Origin: Eledone cirrhosa
Taxonomy: Eukaryota
Direction: 5' to 3'
Assembly: GCA_964016885.1 (NCBI GenBank)
Contig: OZ024755.1
Coordinates: forward strand, 10,478,001-10,542,000
DNA: 64,000 bases
Below are positions 28,041 through 44,291 of this stretch, in pieces; position 1 is the first letter of the stretch, and each line of letters starts with the position of its first letter. A program made the translations under genes and the position numbers. The notes beneath the pieces were generated by a model. It had not been told where the DNA came from, ran no database searches, and saw only the letters and a list, made by a program, of their open reading frames with translations.

Positions 28041-28192
28041 CTCCAGTACTAGACTGGTACTTTTTTATCTAATTCGAAAGGATGAAAGGCAAAGTTGACC
28101 TTCGCGGGTCTTGTACATAGAGAGCAAAGAGCCGGAACGAATACCATAAATCATTCTATCCCACGTTCTAACAACACTGCCAATTCACTGCC
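28041..28192 (-). mobile_element. Old SINE family A-related copy
   Basis: ACTGGTACTTTTTTATC...GAAAGGATGAAAGGCAAAGTTGACC...CTGCCAATTCACTGCC. Confidence 0.75.
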
Positions 28193-28724
28193 TATCATGT
28201 ATGTATATGATATGTATAATTTCTCATTTTATTAGTGGGTGTCGTGGATTAGCTATTTCTATTTATTATTCAGTTAAGATTGTGTCTTGCCCTCACACAA
28301 ACTAAATGGCTGCAAAGGATTTGTTTGAATTACAAAAAATTTGCATTCTAAGCCATTCATTGCGAATTCTAATGAGGGTGTCATGTTTCTATAGCAACGC
28401 ACGTTCATCCAGGCGCCAACATGTGCACATACACATCCACACTGACATATATGCGTACGAAAACACAAATATATATTCACTCATATGAAGCATTTCAATG
28501 CAAATAATAGTAATGGAACCTATATGCAAAACGATTTCTCTCACAAGATAATAAAACGTACAGTACAAGGTGAAGTGTCATCTACAAATAGTAGCTAACT
28601 ATACACTACAAAGAAAGGGTTCATTCCATATGCTAGATTTAACTAAACCGTATCTGGAAATATGTATATGGGATCATTCAACAAATTCTACTAAACACAA
28701 ACAGCACTGATTCATTTCAATCTC

Positions 28725-28763
<39 letters not shown>

Positions 28764-28807
28764 GTGAGGCGAATGAACAATAGGCACTTCCAAACATATA
28801 TACATAT

Positions 28808-28842
<35 letters not shown>

Positions 28843-28897
28843 ATAATAATGACATAAAACACGTGAGATGAATGAACAGAAGGCACTTCCAAGGGTA

Positions 28898-28937
<40 letters not shown>

Positions 28938-29428
28938 GAATGAATTAACACAATTTATTCTTATATCAAATGAGCAATTTGTAGATTTTATATCACCTCG
29001 AAAATATTTTTTCCATAATTTTATTTCGTTCCGTTTCATTCGGTTCAGTTCTTGTTGACCCTACATGATTTCAATACAGTCTAGCTCGCTCATAAAATTA
29101 TGATTCTTGTAAAAAAAACCTGACGTGTTGTACTAATCTAATTATCAGAAACATGCATGAACCACGTATCAATGCTCATATGTATAAATTACCTTTCTAT
29201 TGTGTTAGATATTTCTCAATTTTCTTTCGATTTTCCCGTAGATGTCGTCATGTCAGTAGCTAATACAATTTATTTGAATATGTTGACCAGGTCTATGATA
29301 AATGTATCGTTTCGGATATGGCTTCTGAGTTCAGACTTTCCATGTGAATGTATATGGATCTAGCATAACCATACATACATATATACAGACAGACAGACAA
29401 ATGCACAAACTGATGCACATACATACCC

Positions 29429-29460
<32 letters not shown>

Positions 29461-31952
29461 CTATATATAATGTGTGTTTATGTATGTTTGTATGCTTGTA
29501 CTAAATATATTCAAATAGTTCGCTACAGGTTAAGATATACCTGATATTTTCCATAAATGACGATGGAAAGATCACGCTATTATACACCATATCTAGTAGC
29601 TGAAATGTCTCTAAATAAACCATTCAGCATTTGATTGTTTCATTATTATCGTGTATTGTTTTATTTCAAGTGGGGACTGTACAGACATCTATATTTACTT
29701 TCTTTCTATGTCATTACAGACACGACAACGGTATATTAAATATATGTATACTATCTACATCATATATAATTACTTGAATTCAACGAATCTAATAGTCGTC
29801 TTTAAAATTTATTTCAATACAAGCGATATTTATTTCAATACATTCGAAAAATATGATAGCTTGGAAAAGAACGAAAAAGAGAAAAGTTTTTTAACAACGA
29901 ATATTATAAATGCTTTTCAGAGCAAACCAGAATTTATCAGAAACATTGATGGGTTCAGCATGAGAGTATGGTCAAGGAGATTGCTTCGTAATTATTATGT
30001 GCAGTGTGTAATCTCACAGTATGCCATCTAGGGCAAGTGTCATTTACTACATTCTCGAGTTCGCCTATATATTCTGAAGAAAATTTATTTAACGGAACCT
30101 CTTAGGAAGTCAATCACATGGAGTGTATCTGCAATTCAGAGAACTATTCTTGTCACACTCTGTTGTCATGATGAATCTTCATGAGGGCAGCGTTAAGAGT
30201 ACACATATCTCTGTAATTCTCAACCAATTACACATTAATTCGCAAGCAAGTTGTTCAGTTGATTATACTACTGGAAACCGCTAGAGGTCCATCCCAATAA
30301 CTTTCAAAGTTTTTATACTCTCGATTAATAAAAGTTTAGTAATTTGTGTTGAAATTTTAAATGTTCAATAACAGAGGCAATTCGTGTTCATATACAAAAT
30401 ACATATATCTTTAACTTCTTTTGAAGTAACAACGAAAATAATATTTCGTTTTTCTTTTTTTTTTTTACGTGAATCTGTCATGAGATACTACAAATATGTT
30501 GTGCATGTAGACTTTCTTTTACGTGTCCAACGTCCTAACATATTATTCTATACTTTTAATGGCTTCACTCATACTTTAAACGTTGATAGAACAACTGGAA
30601 CACTCATCGCCGAAGGTGACGGAGTTTCATTTAATTCCATTCCATTCCATTCCGTATATATTGACTTATCAAAGAAGCATGATTTGCAATATGTATATAG
30701 AACAAGATTGAGATAAGATATCTTTAGTAAACATTCTTACTTTTCCCAAAGGGTTAGCAACATATGAATATATAACAATAAAGTAATTCATACTGAAAAT
30801 CAGAAGCATGTTAATGAGAAATAGATCCCACAGCAACTAATGTTTATCTATATGTCATATGGGCATAACATTTTCGATTGATATTTCATGTACTAAAACA
30901 TCGTTGTCAAGCTTTCCTTATCTAAATGTTTACTATACATCTTGGCATTTGCCAAACACACTAGCATTTGTAAAGGACATTAACATTGACCCGGTGTAAG
31001 TTTCCTTTGACTAACAGGCCTTGTTAGCATTTAGAGTAGTGTTAATTGTTATTTTGTTTTCAAAATGATTCTAAGAGTGATATATATATATATTATATAT
31101 ATATGTGTGTGTGTGTCTAACGGAGGGGATTTGTGCACGTGAATATACGTGTGTTTGTGTGTCTCTGAGTGTGAATTTGTTTATCGTATCGTTTTCATAA
31201 CCATAGAAATTTGAATATGTACCACTTGATACAAAAGTGTAGATTAATGTATAATGATAAATATGAACTATAGACCTTCCTTTGTGAATAATAATAGTTA
31301 CTTATATAAATAGTCAAAGTAAACATTTTTGTTAACTATATTTGGAAAATATATCATATATTTCAAATATACTCAGATATATTGTTTGATTGGCACCGTG
31401 TTTCTTGGTTCCTACAAACCTCCAGGTAAATTTCGACAATTATATCAGGTGTTAATAACATCATCTCACCTCTCAATAAAGAATATTCCTATAATTACCC
31501 CCATAAAAACAATTAGCATTAAAAAGACTTTAAAAAAGGCAAAATATTGAACCTAATCCTACCGCCAGTACCCTCATCTATGTAAATGTATTAGGTAGTC
31601 AGATGATATGATCGAGCTTAAACTTCGAAATAACTGCAACATTTCTATCTAACAATATAATATAACCTGCTTACCATTATTCAGTTTTCATAAGTTTAAT
31701 GTTTGAATATTTTAAATAGTACGTTATACGAAACGCATCTCTCTCTCTCTCTGTATATATATATATATGAATGAAAAATGGCCTGCTGCGTTGTTGCGAA
31801 CATGAGTATATGAATAAAAATAGACAAGGGTTAAAATGTCCCCTTCAGTAGTCTTCTGATTTATCGTTGGTATTTCGACGCATTATATGGAGTACGCTGA
31901 GATACCGCCAGTCCTGGCATTGAAAAATATGCTGGATCCGTCAACTCCTTAT

Positions 31953-35012
<3,060 letters not shown>

Positions 35013-36035
35013 TGAAAAAAGAGAGCGTTTGGGGAGAACACAGAGTGAGCGAGGCAAAGAGAGCTTGTTGTTTGTGGAGCGGTATTAGGACGAGTGTATA
35101 CTTGTGGCTGTGCCTGCTTCCTGTAGCCTAGCGGTTTGACAATAAAAGTTTGAAGAAATAAGCACTGGCATCGATATGATTGACTGCCATCTTAAGCCAT
35201 TAGCCCATCATGGCCAGTGTTTAACAACTGAATTAGAAAAAGAAAATAATACACACACAAATACAGAGAGAGAGAGGAGGGGGAGAGGTAAATAAATAGA
35301 TACTTCGATAGATAGATGGATATATATATATACATAGATATGTTTCTTTTATTTGCCACCAGGGCATCAAAAGTGGGACAAGTACAATGGGGGGAGTTTA
35401 CAAAACAAGGCGTCCTCAATAAGGAGGAGGCAATAACAATATATAAAAATAAAATAAAATATAACAAAAAATAAAATTTATAACAAAGTCCCCAATAGAG
35501 AGGAGGCGCCCGAAAAAAAGTATGCAACCCTTTTCCTCCGGAGCACAGAGAGGGGGTGCTCCCTTGGTCTTTCATCTTCCTCACCTATAGTCTGATATAT
35601 ATATACATAGATAGATAGAGAGACAGACACATATACATACTTGTTTTTTCCTGACTATCTATATCTTTCAATATGTGCATGTGTGTATATATGTGCGTAT
35701 ATCTAAGTCTCTCCATGCATAAATGTATGTTTCTATGCATTCAATGTTCATTTATTCTAAGTGCTTTTGAAATAATATCGTCACTTGCACGACTGGTGTA
35801 AAAGAAATTTGAATAATTCATAATTTGTCCAATGTGCAATCAATATATATCTGTTGTTGCTGTCGTTGCCTGCCTCATGCTCTATGTCTGTCATGACTAT
35901 TTCTGTCTGTTTCTCTTACCTTATGTTGCTTCTGTCTGTCTTTCACCCTCTCTATCACTTTTTCTACCACCACATATACTCTCGCCTTCTTTCTCTCTCT
36001 CCATCTCTCTTCTTTTATCTGTCGCCCTGTGCTTT

Positions 36036-36205
36036 TAGGGTCGGACGACGCCATGCTATGACGCATAGAGTTACGGCCCTTGCCATTCTGAGTTCAAATC
36101 CCGCCGAGGTTAACTTTGCCTTTCATCCCTACGGGGTCGATAAAATAAAGTACCAGTAATACACTGGGTATTTGTTGGCCTTGTGCCTAACGTAGAAACA
36201 ATTAA
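36036..36205 (+). mobile_element. SINE family A, slightly 5'-truncated
   Basis: B-box GAGTTCAAATCCCGCC, core and tail as in 39175. Confidence 0.9.
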
Positions 36206-37437
36206 TATGTCCTCACCCTAACCTTATTCTCTCTCGTTTCCACAACGATTCTCTATCAATCTGTCGTTGTTTCAGCTAATGTTTCTTAAGCTACTTTTTC
36301 TCTTTGGCACCCTGTATAGCTATCTTTTACTATATTTTTGTCAAATACACTATATATCTATATCTTTGCTTTTTTACATCTCTTAATATTTTTAGCTTTT
36401 TGTCTCTCTTTATCTAATACTATCATTTTCTCATATACCGCCGACTTTCTGTTTCTTTTGCATATATCTCTCATCTCTAATTGACACCTCCTCGGTCCGA
36501 TATACTACCATTGTCAACTACGTATCTCTTAATCTATATTTTCTCAACTTATTATTTGCTTCTCAACTTATACTTGGAAGTATCTCAGACGGTTTCGCAA
36601 CCATTTCGTTGCATCTCCGACAGCAATCACGCACCATAGCCTCAGTTCAACCCACGCCTTGTGGATGAAATTGGTTGAACCGAAACTCTGTGGAAGCTTG
36701 TTGGATGAACTATACCTTTAATTTAAAATGGCCAGTTTGTCACATACCGCCTCACACAGAATATCCTTAAGTGGACTCGTATCTACGGAATACTCAGCCG
36801 CTAGCACGTCAATATGACCAGTAAGCTGTTCCGTTGGTCGAACACACACACACACATATATATACAGAAAGAAAGAGATGAACACATACATGTATTGGTA
36901 TAAATTTTCGACAACACACGTTAATATCACGAGCAGGAGGTTCCGTTTATGCAACAACTGGAACACTCATCGTCGTTATCGACGAAGGTCCACTCCATTA
37001 TTACTCTCTACCTCCAAAATTCTATATTTTATCCCTACCTCCACCTTATATTCACAAATTCCCTATTCTCCTCACAAACACCTGTATTCTTCTGTTACTG
37101 ACTACATGTCTTTCTGAATATATAAATCTTCTCCGTCTCCATAATTTGTCTGTTTTATTCACACATCCTCCTTCACATGTTCCATCATTACACATTTCTT
37201 CCCCCTTACCCACATGTTTTAATATTAGGTTTCCCTGGCGTACGCCACAATATATATTTTATCATTAGTTTCATGAAATATTTACTGATAACGACACCAT
37301 TTCCACCGTCTCTGTGTGTGGATGTAGATTTATTGTACGTACGGACGTACATGTATGTATGCCTTTATGTAAGTATGTATGTATATATGTATATATGTAT
37401 GTGTCTATTTTCTTCTCTTTTTATTTTATAAATTTCC

Positions 37438-37660
37438 GGGGTAGTGGATTGACAGTATCGGGGGAGAGTAGGACACCATGCTTTGCAGCATAGAGTTACG
37501 TTCCTTTACGATCTGAGTTCAAATCCTGCCGAGGTTAAATTTGCCTTTCATCCTTGCGGGGTCGATCAAAATAAAGCACCAGTAACGTACTGGGTCGATT
37601 TAATCGACTTTCCCCCCTCTGTCAAAATTACTAGCTTTGTGCCTATAGTAGAAATCATTA
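37438..37660 (+). mobile_element. SINE family A, long-tail subfamily, with 17-bp TSD
   Basis: Extra GGGTCGATTTAATCGACTTTCCCCC block. TSD TTATTTTATAAAT(T/G)TCC at 37421-37437 and 37658-37674. Confidence 0.88.
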
Positions 37661-38213
37661 TTTTATAAATGTCCACCTATAGAAAGAAAGCCGGTTTCTC
37701 ACATAGAAACACGACTCTTTCATTGGAATTGAAACAACGTCATCAATGTATGTATGCATGTGTTCATTGTATATACTTTACTGAAAGATTATAGCGTCCT
37801 CTAATGAGTATATGTGTAAATATATATATGTACATATGAAACCTGTCTCTATAATATCTTCCAGTTATTTCCCATTTAGAAGGAATAAATCACATTTTAT
37901 TTTAAATTTGAGGGGTATTTGAAAATTTAGTCGAACAATTCACTTAACTATAATAATATATTACTATAGATAGTAGCTGTCAACTATTGTTATAGTTATC
38001 TGCTTTGAAAGCATTTTCAAATTTCAATTTACTGCTTAAGTCACATAATCTTGTTTCATATTTATTTTCATTTGTCTCGGGGAATTTTCAAATCTGATCC
38101 AAGTTTTAAATATATTACATACTAAAATACTGGTGGTTCATGTGCTGACACCCACAGTAAGCTATATTCACAGCTACACTATACAACGCTCTTATCCATT
38201 TATTGTTGTCACA

Positions 38214-38377
38214 CTTCTTCTAGTGTGTCCATGTAGGGGCTCCCACGGGAGCACTGAGTGCAATGTCAACTCTGGATGTCGGTGAGCATTGACCAAGAAA
38301 CTCACTCAGATGGTGGATGGGTGCTACACGAGAATGCTGAGGATGACTCTGAACATTAATCAATATACACTGAGGAT
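38214..38377. mobile_element. RTE LINE fragment with internal inversion
   Basis: 38214-38288 minus encodes AHRHPELTLHSVLPWEPLHGHTRR. 38289-38377 plus encodes LTKKLTQMVDGCYTRMLRMTLNINQY. Both match 43060-43300. Confidence 0.88.
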
Positions 38378-38422
38378 ATATATATGTGTGTGTCTAATGT
38401 ATGTGTGTCTAATGTATGTGTC

Positions 38423-38462
<40 letters not shown>

Positions 38463-39174
38463 CACAAGTAGGCCATATACTGTTGGGAAGGACTGGAGAG
38501 TAGAGAGCGAAGAAAGTAGTTGGAAAACGAAGCAGAAGAGAGATGGGCGTCTGCATACAAATGGACGCAATATTGGATATATGTATTTACTTATAAATCA
38601 ACTGAAAATGTTATATTATTGTGGTTATGAGAATTAGACAAACGTGAAAGGTGGGCAGACATATGGATATTAGCAAAGACGCTTGAAACCACAATGGATA
38701 CTGTCATTGCTATTCATTGCTATTCATTTCATTGTCTTAATGTGCATAACGACAATAGTAGTAGGTAGTTGAGTTTAATATATAAATCAACTTTAAAGCA
38801 GATTTTTCATAAACTTAATGCAGAGCTTCAGCGATATCGAATATTGAATAAATACACGTATCAAAAGTACAAATATCCTCCTTGAGATATAATTTTAAAT
38901 TGAAACGCTGATATATTTATATTCATACCGACCTTACACAAGACAGAGAGACACCCAATCATACACAAACAGGTGAGACACGGAGACATACCTATTTTGA
39001 CAGAGCGATGTATGTAAATATGTAGGTATGCATATATGTAAGTATGTATGTATGTATTTATGTATGTATGTACATATCTTCGTGTGCTTTTTCTTTGTTA
39101 TTATTTTATAAAGCTATGGGTTCTTATTTTATAATGGGTATTTTATAAAGCTATGGGTATTTTATAAAACTAAT

Positions 39175-39367
39175 GGGCGGTGAATTGGCAGTATCGGTAG
39201 AGGGTCGGACGCCATGCTTTCCAGCACAGAATTACGGCCCTTTCCATTCTGAGTTCAAATCCCGCCGAGGTTAACTTTGGCTTTCACCCTTACGGGGTCG
39301 ATAAAATAAAGTAGCAGTAATGCACTGGGTATTTGCTGGCCTTGTGCCTAAAGTAGAAACAATTATT
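39175..39367 (+). mobile_element. SINE family A, full length (~190 bp)
   Basis: tRNA-like head (TGGCAGTATCGG A-box-like, GAGTTCAAATCC B-box), conserved core, AATTATT tail. Confidence 0.9.
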
Positions 39368-39395
39368 ATATATATATATATATATATATGATTAC

Positions 39396-39427
<32 letters not shown>

Positions 39428-39497
39428 GATTACATGTGTGTATATATATATGATTACATGTGTATATATATATATATATATATATACATATGATTAC

Positions 39498-39529
<32 letters not shown>

Positions 39530-39626
39530 GATTACATGTGTATATATCTATATATATGATTACATGTGTGTATATATATATATGTATATATAATTACATG
39601 TATATATATATATATGTATATATAAT

Positions 39627-39668
<42 letters not shown>

Positions 39669-39890
39669 CATGTGTATATATATATGATTACATGTGTGTA
39701 TATACATATATGTGTATATATATATGATTACATGTAATCATATATATATATATAAACACATATAATCATATATATATATATATATATATAATTACATGTG
39801 TATATATATATGATTACATGTGTGTATATACATATATGTGTATATATATATGATTACATGTAATCATATATATATATATAAACACATATA

Positions 39891-39940
<50 letters not shown>

Positions 39941-39947
<7 letters not shown>

Positions 39948-40248
39948 TTGAAGTTTTTTTTTACAAAATGAAAAATAACCGAGGTCTCCTAAACGAGTGA
40001 AAGTATAAAGAAAAAAAGATGAAATCGAAAATGCAACTGGAGTCTTATTTTTAAAAAATATATATATTTATTTGGTTCCTTTACCGGTTTCGCAGTTCTT
40101 CTGTGAGAAAAACCACAGACCCTCCATCTCAATTCTAGTTTTGAAAAGCAGAAGAACTGCGAAACCGGTAAAGGAACCAAATAAATATAATATATTTTTT
40201 TAAATAAGACTCCAGTTGCATTTTCGATTTCATCTTTTTTTCTTTATA
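39941..40248. mobile_element. Fold-back element with ~100-bp arms and hammerhead
   Basis: Arms 40004-40103/40149-40248, 45-bp spacer, ~60-bp one-sided tail, in (TA)n. Related fragment AAGACTCCAGTTGCATTTT near 63010. Confidence 0.82.
40133..40176 (+). ncRNA. Minimal type-I hammerhead ribozyme motif, U3-A8 variant
   Basis: UUGAAAA (40141-47)|GCAG-AAGAA-CUGC|GAAA-CCGG-UA (to 40170). Stem I is weak (UU/AA, possibly extended across a bulge). Confidence 0.65.
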
Positions 40249-40347
40249 TATATATATATATAAACACATGTAATCATATATATATATATTAATATATATA
40301 TGATTACATGAGTTTATATATATATATTTATGTATATATATGATTAC

Positions 40348-40389
<42 letters not shown>

Positions 40390-40431
40390 ACATGTAATCA
40401 TATATATATATATGTAATCATATATGTATAG

Positions 40432-40465
<34 letters not shown>

Positions 40466-40499
40466 AGTAATAATAATAATATATATATAAACTCATGTA

Positions 40500-40536
<37 letters not shown>

Positions 40537-40932
40537 ATAATAATAATATATATATAAACTCATGTAATCATATATATATATATGTATATACATAAACATA
40601 TATTACCCACTGAAAATTTTTCAATTATTTGATGAGATATTGATTACAATATTTCATCTAATTTGCAACAAATTCTTTCTCCTTAATTGAATGAATTCCA
40701 CGTTAATATAATATGTATGACATTTTCATTATATTTTCATTATATTCCTTTACATCCTCCATGTAGTTAGATATTTACTAATTAGCATCTTAGAGATATT
40801 GAGGTATATTGATTAATTATGCTGACGCAATGATAATATGCATGCCTACGCACACATGCCTTATATATGTGTATGTATGTATATGTCTCTATGTGCATGT
40901 ATATGTATATACATATATGTTTATATATATAT

Positions 40933-41204
40933 AAGTAAGCAAGTGTTGGTAAAATCCAGTACTTCAGTTTGCGGATAGGGAGCACTCAACGAAGATATAA
41001 GTTCCGGAGTTATAATAGTGACAAAACATAAGTCAATTGCATGAACTCATAATCCTTATATTTACTGCTATATATATTTCGATGATAGCCATTGAATGGC
41101 TATGCCTGATGAGGTCATAGCCATTCAATGGCTATTATCGAAATATATATAACAATAAATAAAGGATTATGAGTTCATGCAATTGACTTATGTTTCGTCA
41201 CTAT
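40933..41204. mobile_element. Fold-back element (190-bp palindrome) centred on a hammerhead core
   Basis: Near-perfect palindrome 41015-41204 with CCTGATGAGG at the centre, ~80-bp one-sided tail, TA flanks. Confidence 0.82.
41103..41154 (+). ncRNA. Minimal type-I hammerhead ribozyme motif, canonical core
   Basis: UGC|CUGAUGA (41106-12)|GGUCAUAGCCAUU-C-AAUGGCUAUUAUC|GAAA-U-AUAU-A-UA. The opposite arm gives GCA after the cleavage site, which pairs with UGC. Confidence 0.65.
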
Positions 41205-41474
41205 ATATATATATATATATATATATAAATGAAAAGTATAGAAATTATTGTAGCAAGAAGCCAACAGTATTCCATAACATATAAATGACTATAGCGTCAA
41301 AATGGAAAAATAGTTAACGTAAGATGTAGGAAAATCATTCAAACTCAATTCAAAAAGAATCAGGAGATAGATTCATCCACAGAATTTGGTGTAATCCAGG
41401 GAAAAATCAATAGAGCCTTAACTCAGAATAAAATAAAGTTTAATATACACATCCTTCAATTTTGAAAAACTATG

Positions 41475-41539
<65 letters not shown>

Positions 41540-41543
<4 letters not shown>

Positions 41544-41673
41544 AACGAGTAGGACCCCAAGGGCTGAGCTCAAGCCGTTTCGACGGCTAATTCTGGACTA
41601 AAAAATACTATTTTTTTAGTCCAGAATTAGCCGTCGGTTACGGTCCACCTGGTTCCTTACCACATTTCCGTCG

Positions 41674-41676
<3 letters not shown>
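41540..41676 (+). mobile_element. Family C element retaining the long central hairpin
   Basis: GACGGCTAATTCTGGACTAAAAAA-TACTAT-TTTTTTAGTCCAGAATTAGCCGTC, then a deletion into the tail. In (TA)n. Confidence 0.85.
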
Positions 41677-41726
<50 letters not shown>

Positions 41727-42750
41727 CATGTATATATGTATATTTATATATGTGTGTATGTGCATATATATATATGTGTGTGTGTGTGTATGTATGTATA
41801 TATATATATATATATATGTACGTATGCATGCATCCAGGTATGTATGTATTTATCTATGTCTGTATGAATATATGTAGCATGCATGCATCAAACTGACAAA
41901 CTAATAATAATAATAATAATAAGTAGACAACCGGCTTCAGCAAAATAGACATGATATTGTAGTTACGCTCAGAAATATTACTTCCAGATTATAAATGTTG
42001 CCACCCCATTAGACCATTACTTAGGTTTAAATGTAATTCCAAAAAGAAAATACATTGAGATAAAGCTTGAAATTACACGAATGTGGTCAATACTACCTTC
42101 CATCTAAACCTAAAGAGTATCTTAATCCCATAGACGTGGCATGACACATTGTTACACGAAACACCGCTGTGCAGGGCACTGTACACATACTAAGTATGAT
42201 ATTCTGTGTCTCTGGACCTTATTGAGACTCTACATGCAGTAGAAGTTACAGTAATTTTCATATTTAATGTGCAAACCATCAATAATAAAATTGATGGGAA
42301 TACTTCGATTTTTGCTTTTACATTGTATTAAAGCCGTTAAATCTTGTCAGGAATTTCTGGGAAATATTAAAGATGTGAACATTTAAAAATGTATTTTACA
42401 GTCACCGAACAAACAGTTTATAAATCCTATCAATCATTATTTAAAACAAACTGTTTGTAATCTCAAGTCTTTAATTTTCTTACATATTCATATATTTATA
42501 TGTTCGTATATGTATATTTGTATATGTTCAACTGTTGTTTCACACAACTGATTTATATGTTTGCCATTCCTCTGTTTCTCAAAGGCAAAAACAAAAGCAA
42601 AGGCAAAATAGACATAAAGGTCGAATCGTAGGGGTCCCATCCTGACCCATGGCGTGCCTTGAGCATTTTTACCCTGTCAGAGCACAAACATCTTTCAGAG
42701 AATAAGCGGGCACGAGAGCTGTAGGGAGAGAACGAGACAAGTGAGCGAAA

Positions 42751-42803
<53 letters not shown>

Positions 42804-42920
42804 TTCGCTCGCTTATCTCCTTCTCTCTCTATATATATATGAGAGAGAGAGAAAGAAAATTGAATCCAGTACTGGATTGGTATTTTCTGTATCGACCGTG
42901 AAATGATGTAAGACATCCTT

Positions 42921-43707
42921 CTAGGGCGGGTAAAATTGCTGAGATCCATGGATAAGTTCTTTCCAGCGGTCTCCGTCCCTCATTATCGCTGCCCTGTCCA
43001 GCGTCTCCAACAGACCAGTGTGTGTCCTTAGGGCATCAACATACGTTAACCTTGGTCTTCCTCTTCCAGTGTGTCCATGTAGGGGCTCCCTCAGGAGGAC
43101 TGAGTGCAATGTCAACTCTGAATGTCGGTGAGCATGTCCAGCTAATCTCAGTCTCCTCTGTGTCACTTTTGAGCTGACTTTTGGGAGGCTCCCATACAGC
43201 TCTGTTTTTCATCCTCGGTCTATACTGATTAATGTTCAGAGCCATCCTCAGCATTCTCGTGTAGCACCCATCCACCATCTGAGTGAGTTTCTTGGTCAGT
43301 GTCCAAGTCTCAGACCCATACAGCAGCACAGACTCCACTACAGCAATGAAGAGGCGGATCTTCAGGTCTTTACGTAGGTCCGAATTCCACACCGATCTCA
43401 AGCTGTGGCACGCCGCCCAGAGCAGGAGAGTTAAGGCGAAAAAGATATCAGATGCTGAATTTGCCGACGACATAGTTTTGGTGACAAATACAGTGAAGGA
43501 GACAGAGGATTTGATGCAGGACGTTGAGACTGTGTCGAGGAGTGTGGGCAGAGAATGAATGAGACTAAAACAAAATGTCTGGTAGAGAATGTTGAGAAGC
43601 CAGAGGGGATCACTAATGTAGGCGGGAAACCGCTAGAATTGGTTGAGGACTTCCTGTATTTGGGAGCAAAGATTGGGAATACGGAAGATGATGTAGTTGA
43701 GAGGAAG
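42921..43707 (-). mobile_element. RTE-clade LINE, 5'-truncated with 5' inversion, 10-bp TSD
   Basis: Minus 43420-42921: WAACHSLRSVW..KIRLFIAVVESVLLYGSETWTLTK..RRLRLAGH..GRGRPRLTYVD..stop. Plus 43421-43707: EFADDIVL..MNETKTK..VEDFLYLG..DVVERK. TSD AGACATCCTT at 42911-42920 and 43708-43717. Confidence 0.93.
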
Positions 43708-44000
43708 AGACATCCTTGGCATCTGAATAATTTATAGTGAGAGCACTTTGAGCCAAAACAAATACAAAGGCGTTTTAAGTTTAAAGCCCCATCTTATTTT
43801 GTATTTACTTCAAGCATATTGTCTTTCAGTACACTCTATTTTTTTTAATGCGTCCATCTGAATCTTAATACCCGTTTGCCTAAATTAGAAATCATTTCAT
43901 ACTGAAGGCAAACGCTGTGCCTTTCTTCCTAACCATTGCGTTGTGAGCTCATATCTCACCGAGGTAAAGTTTGCCTTTCATGATATCAGTGGGCAAGGAA

Positions 44001-44193
44001 ATAATTGTTTCTACTTTTTGGCACAAGGCCATCAATTATCCCAATGCATTACTGGTACTTTATTTCATCGACCCCGTAATGATGAAAGGCAAAGTTAACC
44101 TGGGCGGGATTTGTACTCAAATCATAAAGGGACGCAACTCTATGCTGGAAACATGGCGTCCGACTCTCTACTGATACTACCAAGCAACCACCC
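44001..44193 (-). mobile_element. SINE family A with 12-bp TSD, inserted in an older plus-strand SINE
   Basis: TSD CAAGGAAATAAT at 43994-44005 and 44193-44204. Host remnant CCGAGGTAAAGTTTGCCTTTCAT on the left and AAAATTACTGGGTTAGTGCGTAAATTAGA on the right. Confidence 0.88.
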
Positions 44194-44291
44194 AAGGAAA
44201 TAATGAACTCGTCACGTCCTGTAGTAGATCGAATTTACCTTTAAAATTACTGGGTTAGTGCGTAAATTAGAGAACCGGTATAATTAATAAG

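Larger units (their letters stand above)
39385..40570. repeat. (TA)n tract punctuated by TGATTACATG / CATGTAATCA units in both orientations
   Basis: Direct inspection. Surrounds the fold-back element at 39941-40248. Confidence 0.85.

Noticed and set aside
39175-39265. tRNA gene (A/B boxes)
   Set aside because: No cloverleaf. It is the head of a multi-copy SINE.
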